64,000 bases of DNA. It comes from an uncultured Lachnospiraceae bacterium (lineage in GTDB: Bacteria; Bacillota; Clostridia; Lachnospirales; Lachnospiraceae). Under the pieces are notes generated by a model. That model searched no databases, was not told the origin of the DNA, and saw nothing but the letters and a program-made list of their open reading frames with translations. Where the stretch lies: NCBI GenBank assembly GCA_964428795.1, contig CAYRZL010000003.1:4999-68998 (forward strand), written 5' to 3'. The position numbers and the translations under genes were made by a program. Shown piece after piece: positions 1 through 10,521 of the stretch (position 1 is the first letter of the stretch; every line of letters starts with the position of its first letter).

Positions 1-90
1 TTTCCATTTTTTATAGTTCTGTGAACCGGTATAAATTGCGGGTTTTAATAGAAACTTTATAAAAGAAAATAAAAATTCACGATTAAAATG

Positions 91-119
91 TTGATTTTAC
101 AACGCTTTATCAATATAAT
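91..119 (+). promoter_or_regulatory. Putative sigma-A type promoter upstream of ftsH
   Basis: TTGATT (91-96), a 17-nt spacer, then TATAAT (114-119), about 65 nt upstream of the ftsH ATG. Sequence-only prediction. Confidence 0.4.
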
Positions 120-185
120 GAATAGATACAGCTATTGAAGAAAAATGGAAATAACCGTTTTTGGAGATTTCCAGGGAGGACGTAA

Positions 186-2114
186 ATGGAAGACAACAGA
201 GGATCAAATAATAATAACGGCGGCAACGGAAATAAGCCGGGTAAAAACGGGCAGACCATGTTGATATTTGTGTTTGTGACGCTTCTTGTTTTATTGCTGG
301 TGACCGCGTTGAATAACCGCCTTGGCAAGCTGACGACCCAGGAAGTGAGCTATACCCAGTTTAAGGAGATGGTTGAGGAAGGAAAAGTGGAAAGCGTGGA
401 AATAAGTTCATCTGAGATCAGGATCACGCCGAAAGAGGATGAACAGTCTATCATACAGGTTACTTATTATACCGGATATTTGAATGATGATACATTGCTT
501 CAGTATTTGGAGGATCACGACGTGGACGTAAAAGCTGCACAGGCGAATAATACCGCGTCTGTGATTTACAGCATACTCAGTTTTGTGATTCCGATCGTGT
601 TTATCTGGATTTTACTGGGATTTGTGATGCGTCGTATGGGCAGTGGCGGCGGCGGAATTATGGGCGTCGGAAAGAGCAATGCAAAAGTCTATGTGGAGAA
701 ATCTACGGGCGTCAGCTTTGCTGACGTGGCAGGACAGGATGAGGCGAAGGAGTCCTTGCAGGAGGTTGTGGATTTTTTGCATAACCCGCAGAAATATACC
801 GCTATCGGCGCCAAGCTTCCGAAAGGAGCGCTGCTGGTAGGCCCTCCGGGTACCGGTAAGACCCTGCTGGCAAAAGCTGTTGCAGGAGAGGCAAACGTAC
901 CCTTCTTCTCTCTGGCAGGTTCTGATTTTGTGGAGATGTTCGTGGGTGTAGGTGCATCCCGTGTGCGTGACCTGTTTAAGGAAGCATATAAGCAGTCTCC
1001 GTGTATTATTTTTATTGATGAGATCGATGCCATCGGTAAGAGCCGTGACGGACATTACAGCGGAAACGACGAGCGTGAGCAGACATTGAATCAGCTTTTG
1101 GCTGAGATGGATGGTTTTGATACGAGTAAGGGTCTTTTGATTCTGGCAGCAACCAACCGCCCGGAAATTCTGGATAAGGCACTGCTGCGTCCGGGACGTT
1201 TCGACCGTCGTATCATCGTAGATAAGCCGGATTTAAAGGGGCGTATCGAGACATTGAAAGTACATTCCAAAAATGTGAGCATGGATGAGAGTGTGGATCT
1301 GGAAGCTATCGCACTTGCTACCGCAGGCTGTGTGGGTTCCGATCTTGCAAATATGATCAATGAAGCTGCGATCAACGCAGTAAAGCATGGCAGAAAATAT
1401 GTGTGCCAGGCGGATCTGTTTGAGTCTGTGGAAGTGGTCATTGCGGGTAAAGAAAAGAAAGACCGCATCATGGGACCGAAGGAGAAAAAACTGGTGGCTT
1501 ACCACGAGGTAGGACACGCACTGGTATCAGCATTGCAGAAGGATTCGGAACCGGTGCAGAAGATTACTATCGTGCCCCGTACCATGGGCTCCCTGGGCTA
1601 TACGCTGCAGACCCCGGAAGAAGAAAAATATCTGAATACAAAAGACGAGCTGATGGCGCGTATCGTTACTTATATGGGCGGTCGTGCGGCAGAGGAAATC
1701 TGCTGTGAATCCGTTACGACGGGGGCATCCAATGATATCGAGATGGCTACCAGAATCGCAAGAGCCATGGTAACGCAGTTTGGTATGTCTGACCGGTTTG
1801 GTCTGATGAGTCTGGAATCTATTGAGAACCGTTATCTGGACGGCAGGGCAGTGATGACCTGTGGTGATGATACAGCCGCTCAGATTGACGAAGTAGTTAT
1901 GGATATTCTGAAAAAGAGCTATGACGAGGCAAAACAGATGCTGACGGATCACCGTCACATTCTGGAAGAGATTGCGGATTACCTGTATGAGCATGAGACG
2001 ATCACCGGAAAAGAATTTATGGATATCTTTAACCGCATGAAACATGAGGGCGGAGAAATCGTGGATGCTGAGGGCGCTGTATTGGATGACAGCTCCATCT
2101 TTGAGGAGGAGTAG
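186..2114 (+). CDS. ftsH: ATP-dependent zinc metalloprotease FtsH
   Basis: 642-aa ORF preceded by a GGGAGGA RBS. It has N-terminal TM segments, Walker A GPPGTGKT, Walker B IIFIDEID and the zinc motif HEVGHA, which is the standard FtsH architecture. Confidence 0.95.
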   Translation: MEDNRGSNNNNGGNGNKPGKNGQTMLIFVFVTLLVLLLVTALNNRLGKLTTQEVSYTQFKEMVEEGKVESVEISSSEIRITPKEDEQSIIQVTYYTGYLNDDTLLQYLEDHDVDVKAAQANNTASVIYSILSFVIPIVFIWILLGFVMRRMGSGGGGIMGVGKSNAKVYVEKSTGVSFADVAGQDEAKESLQEVVDFLHNPQKYTAIGAKLPKGALLVGPPGTGKTLLAKAVAGEANVPFFSLAGSDFVEMFVGVGASRVRDLFKEAYKQSPCIIFIDEIDAIGKSRDGHYSGNDEREQTLNQLLAEMDGFDTSKGLLILAATNRPEILDKALLRPGRFDRRIIVDKPDLKGRIETLKVHSKNVSMDESVDLEAIALATAGCVGSDLANMINEAAINAVKHGRKYVCQADLFESVEVVIAGKEKKDRIMGPKEKKLVAYHEVGHALVSALQKDSEPVQKITIVPRTMGSLGYTLQTPEEEKYLNTKDELMARIVTYMGGRAAEEICCESVTTGASNDIEMATRIARAMVTQFGMSDRFGLMSLESIENRYLDGRAVMTCGDDTAAQIDEVVMDILKKSYDEAKQMLTDHRHILEEIADYLYEHETITGKEFMDIFNRMKHEGGEIVDAEGAVLDDSSIFEEE

Positions 2115-2144
2115 AGGGCAGACTTCTGTGAAAGAGATGAAATA

Positions 2145-4001
2145 ATGTTTGATATTCAGGAAGAATTAAAAAAGCTGCCGGGAAAACCCGGTGTATATAT
2201 TATGCACGATGAGCGGGATGCGATTATTTATATAGGCAAAGCGGTCAGTCTGAAAAACCGTGTACGTCAGTATTTTCAGAGCAGCAGAAATAAGGGAGCG
2301 AAGATTGAAAAGATGGTGACACACATCCGGCGTTTCGAGTATATTATCACGGATTCGGAGCTGGAGGCCCTTGTGCTGGAGTGCAATCTGATTAAGGAGC
2401 ACCGGCCAAAATACAATACGATGCTCAAGGATGATAAGACATATCCGTATATAAAGGTGACTCTGGGAGAAGATTTTCCCAGGGTCCTCTTTTCACGTCA
2501 GATGAAAAAAGATAAATCCAGATATTATGGACCGTATACAAGTGCAGGGGCAGTGAAGGATACGATAGAACTTCTGCAAAAGCTGTTTACTCTGCGAACC
2601 TGTAATCGTGCTCTGCCGAAGGATACAGGTAAGGAACGCCCCTGTCTGAATTATCATATTCATCAATGTAGGGCTCCTTGTCAGGGATATATCAGCAAAG
2701 ATGAATATATGGAGCAGATTCGGGGAGCTATGGACTTCTTGGGCGGAAATTATCAGCCGATGATCAAAAGTCTGGAAAAAAAAATGCAGGATGCGTCAGA
2801 CCAGTTGGATTTTGAGAAGGCGATTGAATACAGAGAGCTTTTAACCAGTGTCAAAAGTGTGGCGCAGAAGCAGAAGATTACCAGCAGTGACGGAGAGGAC
2901 AGAGATGTTCTGGCACTGGCAAAGGATGACAGAGATGCGGTAGTGCAGGTGTTTTTTGTCCGCGGAGGCAAGCTGATTGGAAGGGAGCACTTTTATGTGA
3001 CCATTGCAAACGAGGATACCGAGGAACAGATTATGTCAACCTTTATCAAACAGTATTATGCGGGCACACCCTTTGTCCCAAAAGAGATCATGCTTCAGAC
3101 AGAAGTGGATGATGCTCAGATCGTCAGTGAATGGCTCAGTTCAAAGCGGGGGAATAAGGTCTATATCCGCGTGCCGAAAAAGGGCAGCAGAGAAAAGCTG
3201 GTGGAGCTGGCTGCGCAGAATGCAAAGCTGGTTCTCAGCCAGGACAAAGAGAAAATAAAAAGAGAAGAAGGACGCACGCTGGGGGCGGTCAAAGAGATTG
3301 CGGGGCTGCTTGGAATGACGGGTATTCAGCGGATGGAGGCCTATGACATATCCAATATCAGCGGATTTGAGTCGGTCGGTTCCATGGTTGTCTACGAGAA
3401 GGGGAAACCCTGCCGCAGTGATTACCGTAAGTTCAAGCTCCGGACAGTAACCGGACCGGATGACTACCGTTCCATGTATGAGGTGCTTACCCGCAGATTT
3501 CAGCATGGCCTGGAAGAACGTCAGGAGATGAGGGAGAAGGAGCTGGATGAGACATATGGAAAGTTTTCAAAGTTTCCCGACCTGATCCTGATGGATGGCG
3601 GAAAGGGGCAGGTTCATATCGCAGAGCGTGTGCTTGATGAACTGCATCTGGATATCCCGGTATGCGGTATGGTAAAGGATGATTATCATCGTACCAGAGG
3701 GTTGTATTTCAGGGATCGGGAAGTGCCCATTGACAGGGACAGCGAGGGCTTCCGGCTGATCACCAGAATACAGGATGAGGCACACAGATTTGCCATTGAG
3801 TATCACAGGTCACTGCGGAGCAGGGAGCAGGTGCATTCCGTTCTGGATGACATACCGGGTATTGGACCGGAGCGCCGCAAAGCACTGATGCGTGCCTTTC
3901 AGTCGCTGGAGGAGATTAAAAATGCCACGGAAGAGGAGCTGGCTGAAGTACCGTCCATGAATGCGGGGAGTGCGAGAAGTGTGTATGCGTTTTTTCATTG
4001 A
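2145..4001 (+). CDS. uvrC: Excinuclease ABC subunit C (UvrC)
   Basis: 618 aa. N-terminal GIY-YIG module ([18 protein letters not shown]...RV.QY) and C-terminal helix-hairpin-helix ([13 protein letters not shown]). Confidence 0.95.
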   Translation: MFDIQEELKKLPGKPGVYIMHDERDAIIYIGKAVSLKNRVRQYFQSSRNKGAKIEKMVTHIRRFEYIITDSELEALVLECNLIKEHRPKYNTMLKDDKTYPYIKVTLGEDFPRVLFSRQMKKDKSRYYGPYTSAGAVKDTIELLQKLFTLRTCNRALPKDTGKERPCLNYHIHQCRAPCQGYISKDEYMEQIRGAMDFLGGNYQPMIKSLEKKMQDASDQLDFEKAIEYRELLTSVKSVAQKQKITSSDGEDRDVLALAKDDRDAVVQVFFVRGGKLIGREHFYVTIANEDTEEQIMSTFIKQYYAGTPFVPKEIMLQTEVDDAQIVSEWLSSKRGNKVYIRVPKKGSREKLVELAAQNAKLVLSQDKEKIKREEGRTLGAVKEIAGLLGMTGIQRMEAYDISNISGFESVGSMVVYEKGKPCRSDYRKFKLRTVTGPDDYRSMYEVLTRRFQHGLEERQEMREKELDETYGKFSKFPDLILMDGGKGQVHIAERVLDELHLDIPVCGMVKDDYHRTRGLYFRDREVPIDRDSEGFRLITRIQDEAHRFAIEYHRSLRSREQVHSVLDDIPGIGPERRKALMRAFQSLEEIKNATEEELAEVPSMNAGSARSVYAFFH

Positions 4002-4052
4002 GAAGAGAGGCGGCATGTGATAAAATCTGGTATGAGGCGGCTGGGTAGTGAG

Positions 4053-4139
4053 GCAATTTTGTACCGGGGGATATAGATCAGACTCGATGGTGCAAGCACC
4101 TTAGCCTCGTCTGATCTATATCCCCCGGCACAAAATCGC
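4053..4139. repeat. Long inverted repeat (31-nt arms with 2 mismatches; perfect 20-bp core) downstream of uvrC
   Basis: The left arm 4053-4083 pairs with the right arm 4109-4139, and the core 4064-4083 / 4109-4128 is perfect. The 25-nt loop holds its own small hairpin (ggtgc-aa-gcacc). No T-run follows. The right arm runs directly into the first unit of the tandem array. Confidence 0.8.
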
Positions 4140-4394
4140 ATTTACATCTGCGGCACAAAATCGCATTTACATCTGCGGCACAAAATCGCATTTACATCTG
4201 CGGCACAAAATTGCATTTACATCTGCGGCAGAGATCGCATTTACGTCTGCGGCAGAGATCGCATTTACATCTGCGGCAGAGATCGCATTTACATCTGCGG
4301 CAGAGATCGCATTTACGTCTGCGGCGGAGATTGCATTTACACCAGCGGACAAAATCGCATTTACATCAGTGGACGAGATTGTATTTACATTGAT
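4127..4394. repeat. Tandem direct-repeat array: 4 units of 25 bp followed by 7 units of 24 bp
   Basis: Unit consensus is GGCA(CAAAA/GAGA)TCGCATTTACATCTGC. Unit starts are 4127, 4152, 4177 and 4202 (25-bp type), then 4227, 4251, 4275, 4299, 4323, 4347 and 4371 (24-bp type). The last three units are degenerate. There are no spacers between units. Confidence 0.9.
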
Positions 4395-4432
4395 GGCAGG
4401 GAACACATTTGAGACAGGAATGGGAGAAGAAT

Positions 4433-5353
4433 ATGGGAATTACAGTTGAAAAAATGGTGAAACATATGGGGTTAAAGTCATATACACCTTGTGTGGATTT
4501 AAGTAAAAGCATCATTGAAGCGCCGGATGTGAACCGTCCCGCATTACAGCTGAGCGGGTATTTTGAACATTTTGATGAGGAGCGTATTCAGGTGGTCGGT
4601 ACGGTAGAGTACACATATATTCAGCATCTGGATAAAGAGACAAAGATGGAGCGTTATCGTCAGCTTCTCAGCTATAAGGTGCCATGCGTTGTCTTCTGCC
4701 GGGATTTGGAGCCGGAGGAAAGCTTTTTAAAAATTGCAGCGGAGAATGAGATTCCTGTACTGGGAACGTCCTATGCTACCTCATATTTTATCTCTGAGGT
4801 TACTTACCGGCTGAGCAAAGAACTGGCGCCGTGTATTTCCATTCATGGTGTTCTTGTGGACGTATATGGAGAAGGCCTTCTGATCACCGGAGAGAGCGGC
4901 ATCGGAAAAAGTGAGGCCGCATTGGAATTGATTCGAAGAGGGCACCGTCTTGTTACGGATGATGTGGTGGAAATTCGTAAGATCAATGATTCTACGCTGG
5001 TGGGAACCTCACCGGACATCACACGTTATTTTATCGAGCTGAGAGGCATCGGAATCATCGATGTAAAGACTCTGTTCGGCGTGGAGTGTGTGAAGGAAAA
5101 ACAGAACATCGATCTGGTCATTAAGCTGGAGGACTGGAAAAAAGGCGCGGAATATGACAGACTCGGACTGGAAGATGAGTATATGGAGATTTTGGGAAAT
5201 AAGATCATATGCCATTCCATTCCGATCCGTCCGGGCAGGAATCTTGCTGTTATCTGTGAGGCGGCTGCCGCAAACCACCGTCAGAAAAAAATGGGTTACA
5301 ACGCAGCCCATGAGCTTTATCGCAGAGTACAGGAAAATCTGGGAAAAGAATAA
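4433..5353 (+). CDS. hprK: HPr kinase/phosphorylase
   Basis: P-loop GESGIGKSE and the typical HprK C-terminal catalytic domain. The track ORF begins at a TTG (4409), but the ATG at 4433 has a GGGAGAAG RBS and is the preferred start. Confidence 0.9.
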   Translation: MGITVEKMVKHMGLKSYTPCVDLSKSIIEAPDVNRPALQLSGYFEHFDEERIQVVGTVEYTYIQHLDKETKMERYRQLLSYKVPCVVFCRDLEPEESFLKIAAENEIPVLGTSYATSYFISEVTYRLSKELAPCISIHGVLVDVYGEGLLITGESGIGKSEAALELIRRGHRLVTDDVVEIRKINDSTLVGTSPDITRYFIELRGIGIIDVKTLFGVECVKEKQNIDLVIKLEDWKKGAEYDRLGLEDEYMEILGNKIICHSIPIRPGRNLAVICEAAAANHRQKKMGYNAAHELYRRVQENLGKE

Positions 5354-5373
5354 AAAATAAAGGAGATATTGAC

Positions 5374-6771
5374 ATGGAGAGAGAAAACATATGGAAAAAA
5401 TATCAGGAAGATAAAGGAAAAAAGGTCTTTGCATTTGCGGAGGAGTACAAGGATTTTATCAGCAGATGTAAGACAGAACGCGAGTGTGTAACGGAAATTG
5501 TTGCCAAAGCCAAAGAGCAGGGATTTGTGGATCTGGATGAGGTGATTAGCACCGGCGGAAGTCTGAAGCCGGGGGATAAGGTATATGCAAATAACATGGG
5601 AAAGACACTGGCGTTGTTTGTTATCGGTACAGAGCCGATGGAGCAGGGCATGAATATTCTCGGGGCACACATTGATTCCCCCCGTTTGGATCTGAAACAG
5701 AATCCGTTGTATGAGGATACGGATATGGCTATGCTGGATACACATTACTATGGCGGCGTGAAAAAATATCAATGGCTGGCATTGCCGCTGGCGCTTCACG
5801 GTGTGATTGCAAAGAAGGATGGCAGCGTGGCAGAGGTAAATGTAGGCGACAAACCGGGAGATCCGGTGTTCGGCGTCAGTGATCTTCTGATTCACCTGGC
5901 TGGTGAACAGCTGGAGAAAAAAGCCGGAAAAGTGGTGGAAGGAGAAAATCTGGATGTGCTGGTGGGAAGCATTCCGTCGGAGGAAGGCGAACAGGACAAG
6001 GAAAAGGTAAAAGAGAGAGTAAAAGCGAATATCCTGAATATTTTAAAAGCAGAATATAATGTGGAGGAAGAGGATTTTCTTTCCGCAGAGATTGAAGTGG
6101 TCCCGGCAGGTGAGGCGAGAGACTATGGATTTGACCGGAGCATGATCATGGGTTACGGACATGACGACCGTGTATGCGCTTATCCGTCCTATGCGGCGAT
6201 TGCCGAGATGGAGACCCCGAAACGTACCAGCGCATGCCTGCTGGTGGACAAAGAGGAAATCGGAAGCGTAGGAGCTACAGGTATGGAGTCCCGTTTCTTT
6301 GAAAATACGGTGGCGGAGGTTATGAATGCGGCGGGCTGTTATACAGAGCTTGGATTACGCAGAGCGCTGCAAAATTCCATGGCGCTGTCCTCTGATGTGA
6401 GTGCGGCTTATGACCCGAATTTCCCTTCTGTCATGGAAAAGAAAAATACAGCATACTTTGGAAGAGGTCTTGTTTTTAACAAATATACAGGTGTCAGAGG
6501 AAAATCCGGTTCCAACGATGCAAGCGCAGAGTACATGGCAAAGGTTCGCAGGATCATGGATGAGGGAAATGTGGCGTTCCAGACAGCAGAGCTCGGAAAA
6601 GTAGACCAGGGCGGCGGCGGAACCATAGCATATATTTTGGGCAATTATAATATGCAGGTGATCGACAGTGGTGTGGCAGTGCTGAACATGCATGCCCCGT
6701 GGGAAATTATCAGCAAAGCGGACCTGTATGAAGCGAAGCTGGGTTACAAAGCCTTTTTGGACGCAGAATAA
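5374..6771 (+). CDS. M18-family aminopeptidase (aspartyl aminopeptidase-like)
   Basis: 465 aa with an AAGGAGA RBS. Length and motifs (GAHIDSPRLD, GYGHDDRVC, VDKEEIGS, LNMHAP) fit the M18 dinuclear-zinc aminopeptidase family. Confidence 0.8.
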   Translation: MERENIWKKYQEDKGKKVFAFAEEYKDFISRCKTERECVTEIVAKAKEQGFVDLDEVISTGGSLKPGDKVYANNMGKTLALFVIGTEPMEQGMNILGAHIDSPRLDLKQNPLYEDTDMAMLDTHYYGGVKKYQWLALPLALHGVIAKKDGSVAEVNVGDKPGDPVFGVSDLLIHLAGEQLEKKAGKVVEGENLDVLVGSIPSEEGEQDKEKVKERVKANILNILKAEYNVEEEDFLSAEIEVVPAGEARDYGFDRSMIMGYGHDDRVCAYPSYAAIAEMETPKRTSACLLVDKEEIGSVGATGMESRFFENTVAEVMNAAGCYTELGLRRALQNSMALSSDVSAAYDPNFPSVMEKKNTAYFGRGLVFNKYTGVRGKSGSNDASAEYMAKVRRIMDEGNVAFQTAELGKVDQGGGGTIAYILGNYNMQVIDSGVAVLNMHAPWEIISKADLYEAKLGYKAFLDAE

Positions 6772-6783
6772 GCAGGAGTATCT

Positions 6784-7689
6784 ATGAGTGAATTTTTGAA
6801 GAAGCTAAAAGAAATCATTCCGGAAGATAAAATAATGGAACAGGAGCCTATGAGCCTCCACACGACTTTCCGCATCGGCGGACCGGCAGACCTGTTGATC
6901 CGTCCCACCGAGGAACAGCTGATTCGTGTTGTGTACCTGTGCAGACAGGAAAATGCGGATTATACGGTCATTGGAAACGGAAGTAATCTACTTGTGGGAG
7001 ATCAGGGCATCCGTGGTCTGGTTATAGAGATTGGGTCAGGCATGAGCAAAGTAAACGTGGATGGTGATACGATGACGGTACAGGCAGGCTCGTTGATGGC
7101 GTCGTCTGCTTCGGAAGCCGCAAAAGCATCTCTGTCCGGTATGGAATTTGCCCACGGTATTCCGGGGACATTGGGCGGAGCGGTCGTGATGAATGCCGGA
7201 GCCTACGGTTCAGAGATGAAGGATATCGTCACCTCCGTCCGGGTGCTGGACACGGACGGAACGGTATGTGAGCTTTCTGCGGATGAATTGGAGCTGGGTT
7301 ATCGCCATAGCTGTATTCCAAAGAGAGGCTGCATTATATTATCCGTTAAGCTGCAGCTTGTAAAAGCAAAACAGCAGGATATTTATGATAAAATGAAGGA
7401 ACTGAGAGAGTGCCGCGTGTCAAAACAGCCTTTGGACTATCCAAGCGCCGGGAGTACATTTAAACGTCCGGAAGGACATTTTGCCGGGAAGCTGATTCAG
7501 GACTGCAACCTGAAAGGATATACGGTCGGAGGCGCCAGGGTTTCTGAAAAACACAGTGGTTTTGTCATCAATGCGGGCGGCGCCACTGCATCGGATGTGC
7601 GTCAGCTGATGCTGGATGTACAGAAAAAGGTAAAGGATACGTTTCAGGTGGAATTGGAACCGGAAGTGAAATTTGTTGGAGAGTTTTAA
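6784..7689 (+). CDS. murB: UDP-N-acetylenolpyruvoylglucosamine reductase (MurB)
   Basis: 301 aa. FAD-binding PCMH region (FRIGGPADLL, GNGSNLLV) and C-terminal motifs AGSTFKRP and SEKHSGFVIN. Confidence 0.92.
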   Translation: MSEFLKKLKEIIPEDKIMEQEPMSLHTTFRIGGPADLLIRPTEEQLIRVVYLCRQENADYTVIGNGSNLLVGDQGIRGLVIEIGSGMSKVNVDGDTMTVQAGSLMASSASEAAKASLSGMEFAHGIPGTLGGAVVMNAGAYGSEMKDIVTSVRVLDTDGTVCELSADELELGYRHSCIPKRGCIILSVKLQLVKAKQQDIYDKMKELRECRVSKQPLDYPSAGSTFKRPEGHFAGKLIQDCNLKGYTVGGARVSEKHSGFVINAGGATASDVRQLMLDVQKKVKDTFQVELEPEVKFVGEF

Positions 7690-7722
7690 TATTCAGACAG
7701 AGGAGAAAAGGAGGTTGTTTGT

Positions 7723-8598
7723 ATGCAGTTTGTTATTGTGACAGGTATGTCGGGCGCCGGAAAATCCACAGCGTTAAAGGCGCTTGAGGATATGGATTAT
7801 TTCTGTGTAGACAATCTTCCCATTCCCCTGATCGAAAAATTTGCGGAACTGACCGCTGCGGATCCCGGATATGAGAGAAATGTGGCTTTGGGAATTGATA
7901 TCCGAAACGGTCGTGCGCTGGATGAGCTTCAGCAGGTGTTGGAGCATATGCAGGAGAATGGCGTGCAGTTTCGCATCCTGTTTTTGGATGCCAGTGACGA
8001 GTCGCTGGTGAAGCGTTACAAGGAGACCAGAAGGAATCACCCTCTTTCCAGAGGAGAGCGGGTGGACAAGGGAATCGCTCTGGAGCGCATGCGGGTTGCA
8101 TTCCTGAAAGAACATGCAGATTATATTATCGATACCAGCCAGCTTTTGACGAGAGAATTAAAGGCTGAGCTGGAAAAAATTTTTTTGCGAAATCAGGATT
8201 TTGGGAATCTGTATATTACGATCCTGTCCTTCGGATTTAAATACGGGATTCCGGCGGATTCGGATCTGGTATTTGATGTGAGATTTCTGCCAAATCCCTA
8301 CTATATACCGGAGCTTCGACCGAAGACGGGAAATGATGCGGAAATCAGAGAATTTGTTATGAGGTCGCCTCAGGCCGGAGAATTTTTAGACAAGCTTGAG
8401 GATATGATCCGCTTTCTTACCCCTAACTATATTGTGGAGGGGAAAAATCAGCTGGTCATCAGCATCGGATGTACCGGTGGAAAGCATCGGTCGGTGACGC
8501 TGGCAAATCAGATCTATGAGCGTCTGGATAAGAACAGAAATTATGGACTTCGGATCGAACATCGGGATATCCAGAAGGATGCAGCCAGGGGGAAATAA
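7723..8598 (+). CDS. rapZ: RNase adapter protein RapZ (YvcJ family P-loop NTPase)
   Basis: 291 aa. N-terminal Walker A GMSGAGKST and the conserved C-terminal IGCTGGKHRSV motif. Confidence 0.9.
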   Translation: MQFVIVTGMSGAGKSTALKALEDMDYFCVDNLPIPLIEKFAELTAADPGYERNVALGIDIRNGRALDELQQVLEHMQENGVQFRILFLDASDESLVKRYKETRRNHPLSRGERVDKGIALERMRVAFLKEHADYIIDTSQLLTRELKAELEKIFLRNQDFGNLYITILSFGFKYGIPADSDLVFDVRFLPNPYYIPELRPKTGNDAEIREFVMRSPQAGEFLDKLEDMIRFLTPNYIVEGKNQLVISIGCTGGKHRSVTLANQIYERLDKNRNYGLRIEHRDIQKDAARGK

Positions 8599-8600
8599 AA

Positions 8601-9530
8601 ATGTCTTTTTCGCAGGATATAAAAACAGAACTGGCAAGGCAGATACCAAAGAGCAGACACTGCCGGATCGCAGAGCTTGCAGCGATCATTATTTTTCTTG
8701 GGAAATGTGATCTTGGACAGGATAGAGAAAAAATACAAATTGTGACGGAAAACGTGTCTCTGGCAAAAAAGGTTTTTTCACTGTTCAAAAAATGCTTTAA
8801 TGTGAATGCGCAGACAGACATAAAGCAGAGTGCGGTGCTCAGTAAAAATCATATTTATCACGTGACTGTGGCAGGGCGTGAGCGGGTGTCGGAAATCGCA
8901 GAGGAGCTTCATCTTGGGGAGCAGGATTTTGTGAATCCGCAGATCGTGGAAAAGTCCTGCTGCCAGAGAGCGTTTATCCGGGGAGCTTTTCTTGCGGCAG
9001 GGTCCATGAGTGATCCGGATAAGTCCTATCATCTGGAGATCGTATGTCAGAGTGAGTCTCACGCCAACAAGCTGGTAAAGCTGATCGGAGCATTTCATGT
9101 GGAGGCAAAGGTGACTGCCCGCAAAAAGAAATATATCGTATATATCAAGGACAGTACACAGATCGTAGATTTTCTCAATGTGGTGGAAGCGCATCAGTCT
9201 CTGATGAAGCTGGAAAATGTTAAAATAATAAAAGGGATCAGAAATTCAGCCAATCGGCAGTTTAACTGTGATTCGGCAAATATAAATAAAATTGTGAGTG
9301 CGGCGGCAAAACAAAAAGAGGACATTCTCTATATCGAGGAGCATGGAGGACTGAAGCAGCTTCCGGCAGGACTTGCAGAAACTGCCAGAATCCGGCTGCA
9401 GTATCCGGAATTATCCTTGCAGGAGCTGGGGGCATTATTGGAACCGCCGGTGGGAAAATCCGGTGTGAATCACAGGCTGCGCAGAATCGGCGCCATTGCC
9501 GCGGAGATGAGAGGGGAGCCTCATGACTAA
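8601..9530 (+). CDS. whiA: DNA-binding protein WhiA
   Basis: 309 aa. The typical WhiA N-terminus (FSQDIKTEL), a degenerate LAGLIDADG-like core (RAFIRGAFLAAGS) and a C-terminal HTH (LSLQELGALL...SGVNHRLRRI). The start lies 3 nt after the rapZ stop. Confidence 0.9.
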   Translation: MSFSQDIKTELARQIPKSRHCRIAELAAIIIFLGKCDLGQDREKIQIVTENVSLAKKVFSLFKKCFNVNAQTDIKQSAVLSKNHIYHVTVAGRERVSEIAEELHLGEQDFVNPQIVEKSCCQRAFIRGAFLAAGSMSDPDKSYHLEIVCQSESHANKLVKLIGAFHVEAKVTARKKKYIVYIKDSTQIVDFLNVVEAHQSLMKLENVKIIKGIRNSANRQFNCDSANINKIVSAAAKQKEDILYIEEHGGLKQLPAGLAETARIRLQYPELSLQELGALLEPPVGKSGVNHRLRRIGAIAAEMRGEPHD

Positions 9531-10455
9531 GAAAAAATTATTGTTTATATTTAACCCAAGATCCGGAAAGGGGAAGATCCGTAATCATCTGGTGGAGATT
9601 GTAGACACTTTTGTGAGAGCAGGGTATGAGGTGAAAATCCATTCTACCCAGCGGCATCATGACGCCCTTGAAATGGTGCAAAATGAGGGCGGCTTCTACG
9701 ATCTTGTAGTCTGCAGCGGCGGTGACGGTACACTTGATGAGACGGTGAACGGTATCATGCTGGGAGGTCACTGTATTCCTATTGGTTATATTCCTGCGGG
9801 TTCCACCAATGATTTTGCACAGTCCATAAGTATCCCCAGAAACATGCGCCGGGCAGCAGAGGTGGCGGTGAATGGCGTATGTAAACCTTTTGATGTGGGG
9901 AAATTTAATGAAAAATATTTTGTGTATATTGCCGCCTTCGGCTTGTTTACGGATGTATCCTATCTTACCAGCCAGAATTTAAAAAATATATTCGGGCATG
10001 TGGCATACCTGCTGGAAAGTGCAAAGCGTCTGATCGACATACCGTCTTTTCACATGAAAGTGCGTTATGGCACGCGGGAAATTGAGGATGAATTTGTATA
10101 TGGTATGATTACGAACTCCATATCCGTGGCGGGAGTCAGAAATATGACCGGAAAAAATGTGCAGCTGGATGACGGTGTGTTTGAGGTGAACCTTATTCGT
10201 ATGCCGCAGAATCCCATTGAGTTAAATGAGATTTTCACCACGTTGATCAATTTTAAGGAGAGATCCGAGTACATTTATTCTTTTAAGACGTCTCATCTGG
10301 AGATTGAATGTGAGAAGGAAGTGTCATGGACGGTGGACGGCGAATTTGGGGGCGACTGCAAAACAGTTGTGATCGATAATAAACATCAGGCTTTGAAGAT
10401 AATGGTAAAAAGCAATGCAGATTCCTGGCAAAAAGCGATGGAAAAAGACTTGTAA
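9523..10455 (+). CDS. Diacylglycerol kinase-family lipid kinase (YegS/BmrU-like)
   Basis: 310 aa. DAGK catalytic-domain signature (LFIFNPRSGKG ... CSGGDGTLDE ... IPAGSTNDF). Overlaps the whiA stop by 8 nt. Confidence 0.85.
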   Translation: MTKKKLLFIFNPRSGKGKIRNHLVEIVDTFVRAGYEVKIHSTQRHHDALEMVQNEGGFYDLVVCSGGDGTLDETVNGIMLGGHCIPIGYIPAGSTNDFAQSISIPRNMRRAAEVAVNGVCKPFDVGKFNEKYFVYIAAFGLFTDVSYLTSQNLKNIFGHVAYLLESAKRLIDIPSFHMKVRYGTREIEDEFVYGMITNSISVAGVRNMTGKNVQLDDGVFEVNLIRMPQNPIELNEIFTTLINFKERSEYIYSFKTSHLEIECEKEVSWTVDGEFGGDCKTVVIDNKHQALKIMVKSNADSWQKAMEKDL

Positions 10456-10521
10456 AACATGTGAATTTTGTATATTATTAAGGCAGCAGGTTTGTAAATT
10501 TGAAAATGGAGGTAATACATT

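Noticed and set aside
4127-4394. Possible CRISPR array, given the regular roughly 24-bp repeats
   Set aside because: The repeats are directly abutting with no unique spacers. The units are shorter than typical CRISPR repeats. No cas genes or leader lie nearby. It is a simple tandem repeat.
4167-4406. ORFs of 79 aa (minus strand) and 60 aa (plus strand, 4211-4393) with ADVNAISA / HLHLRQRS periodicity
   Set aside because: Their periodic peptides are just the tandem DNA repeat read in frame. There is no RBS, and the 25-bp units break the frame upstream.
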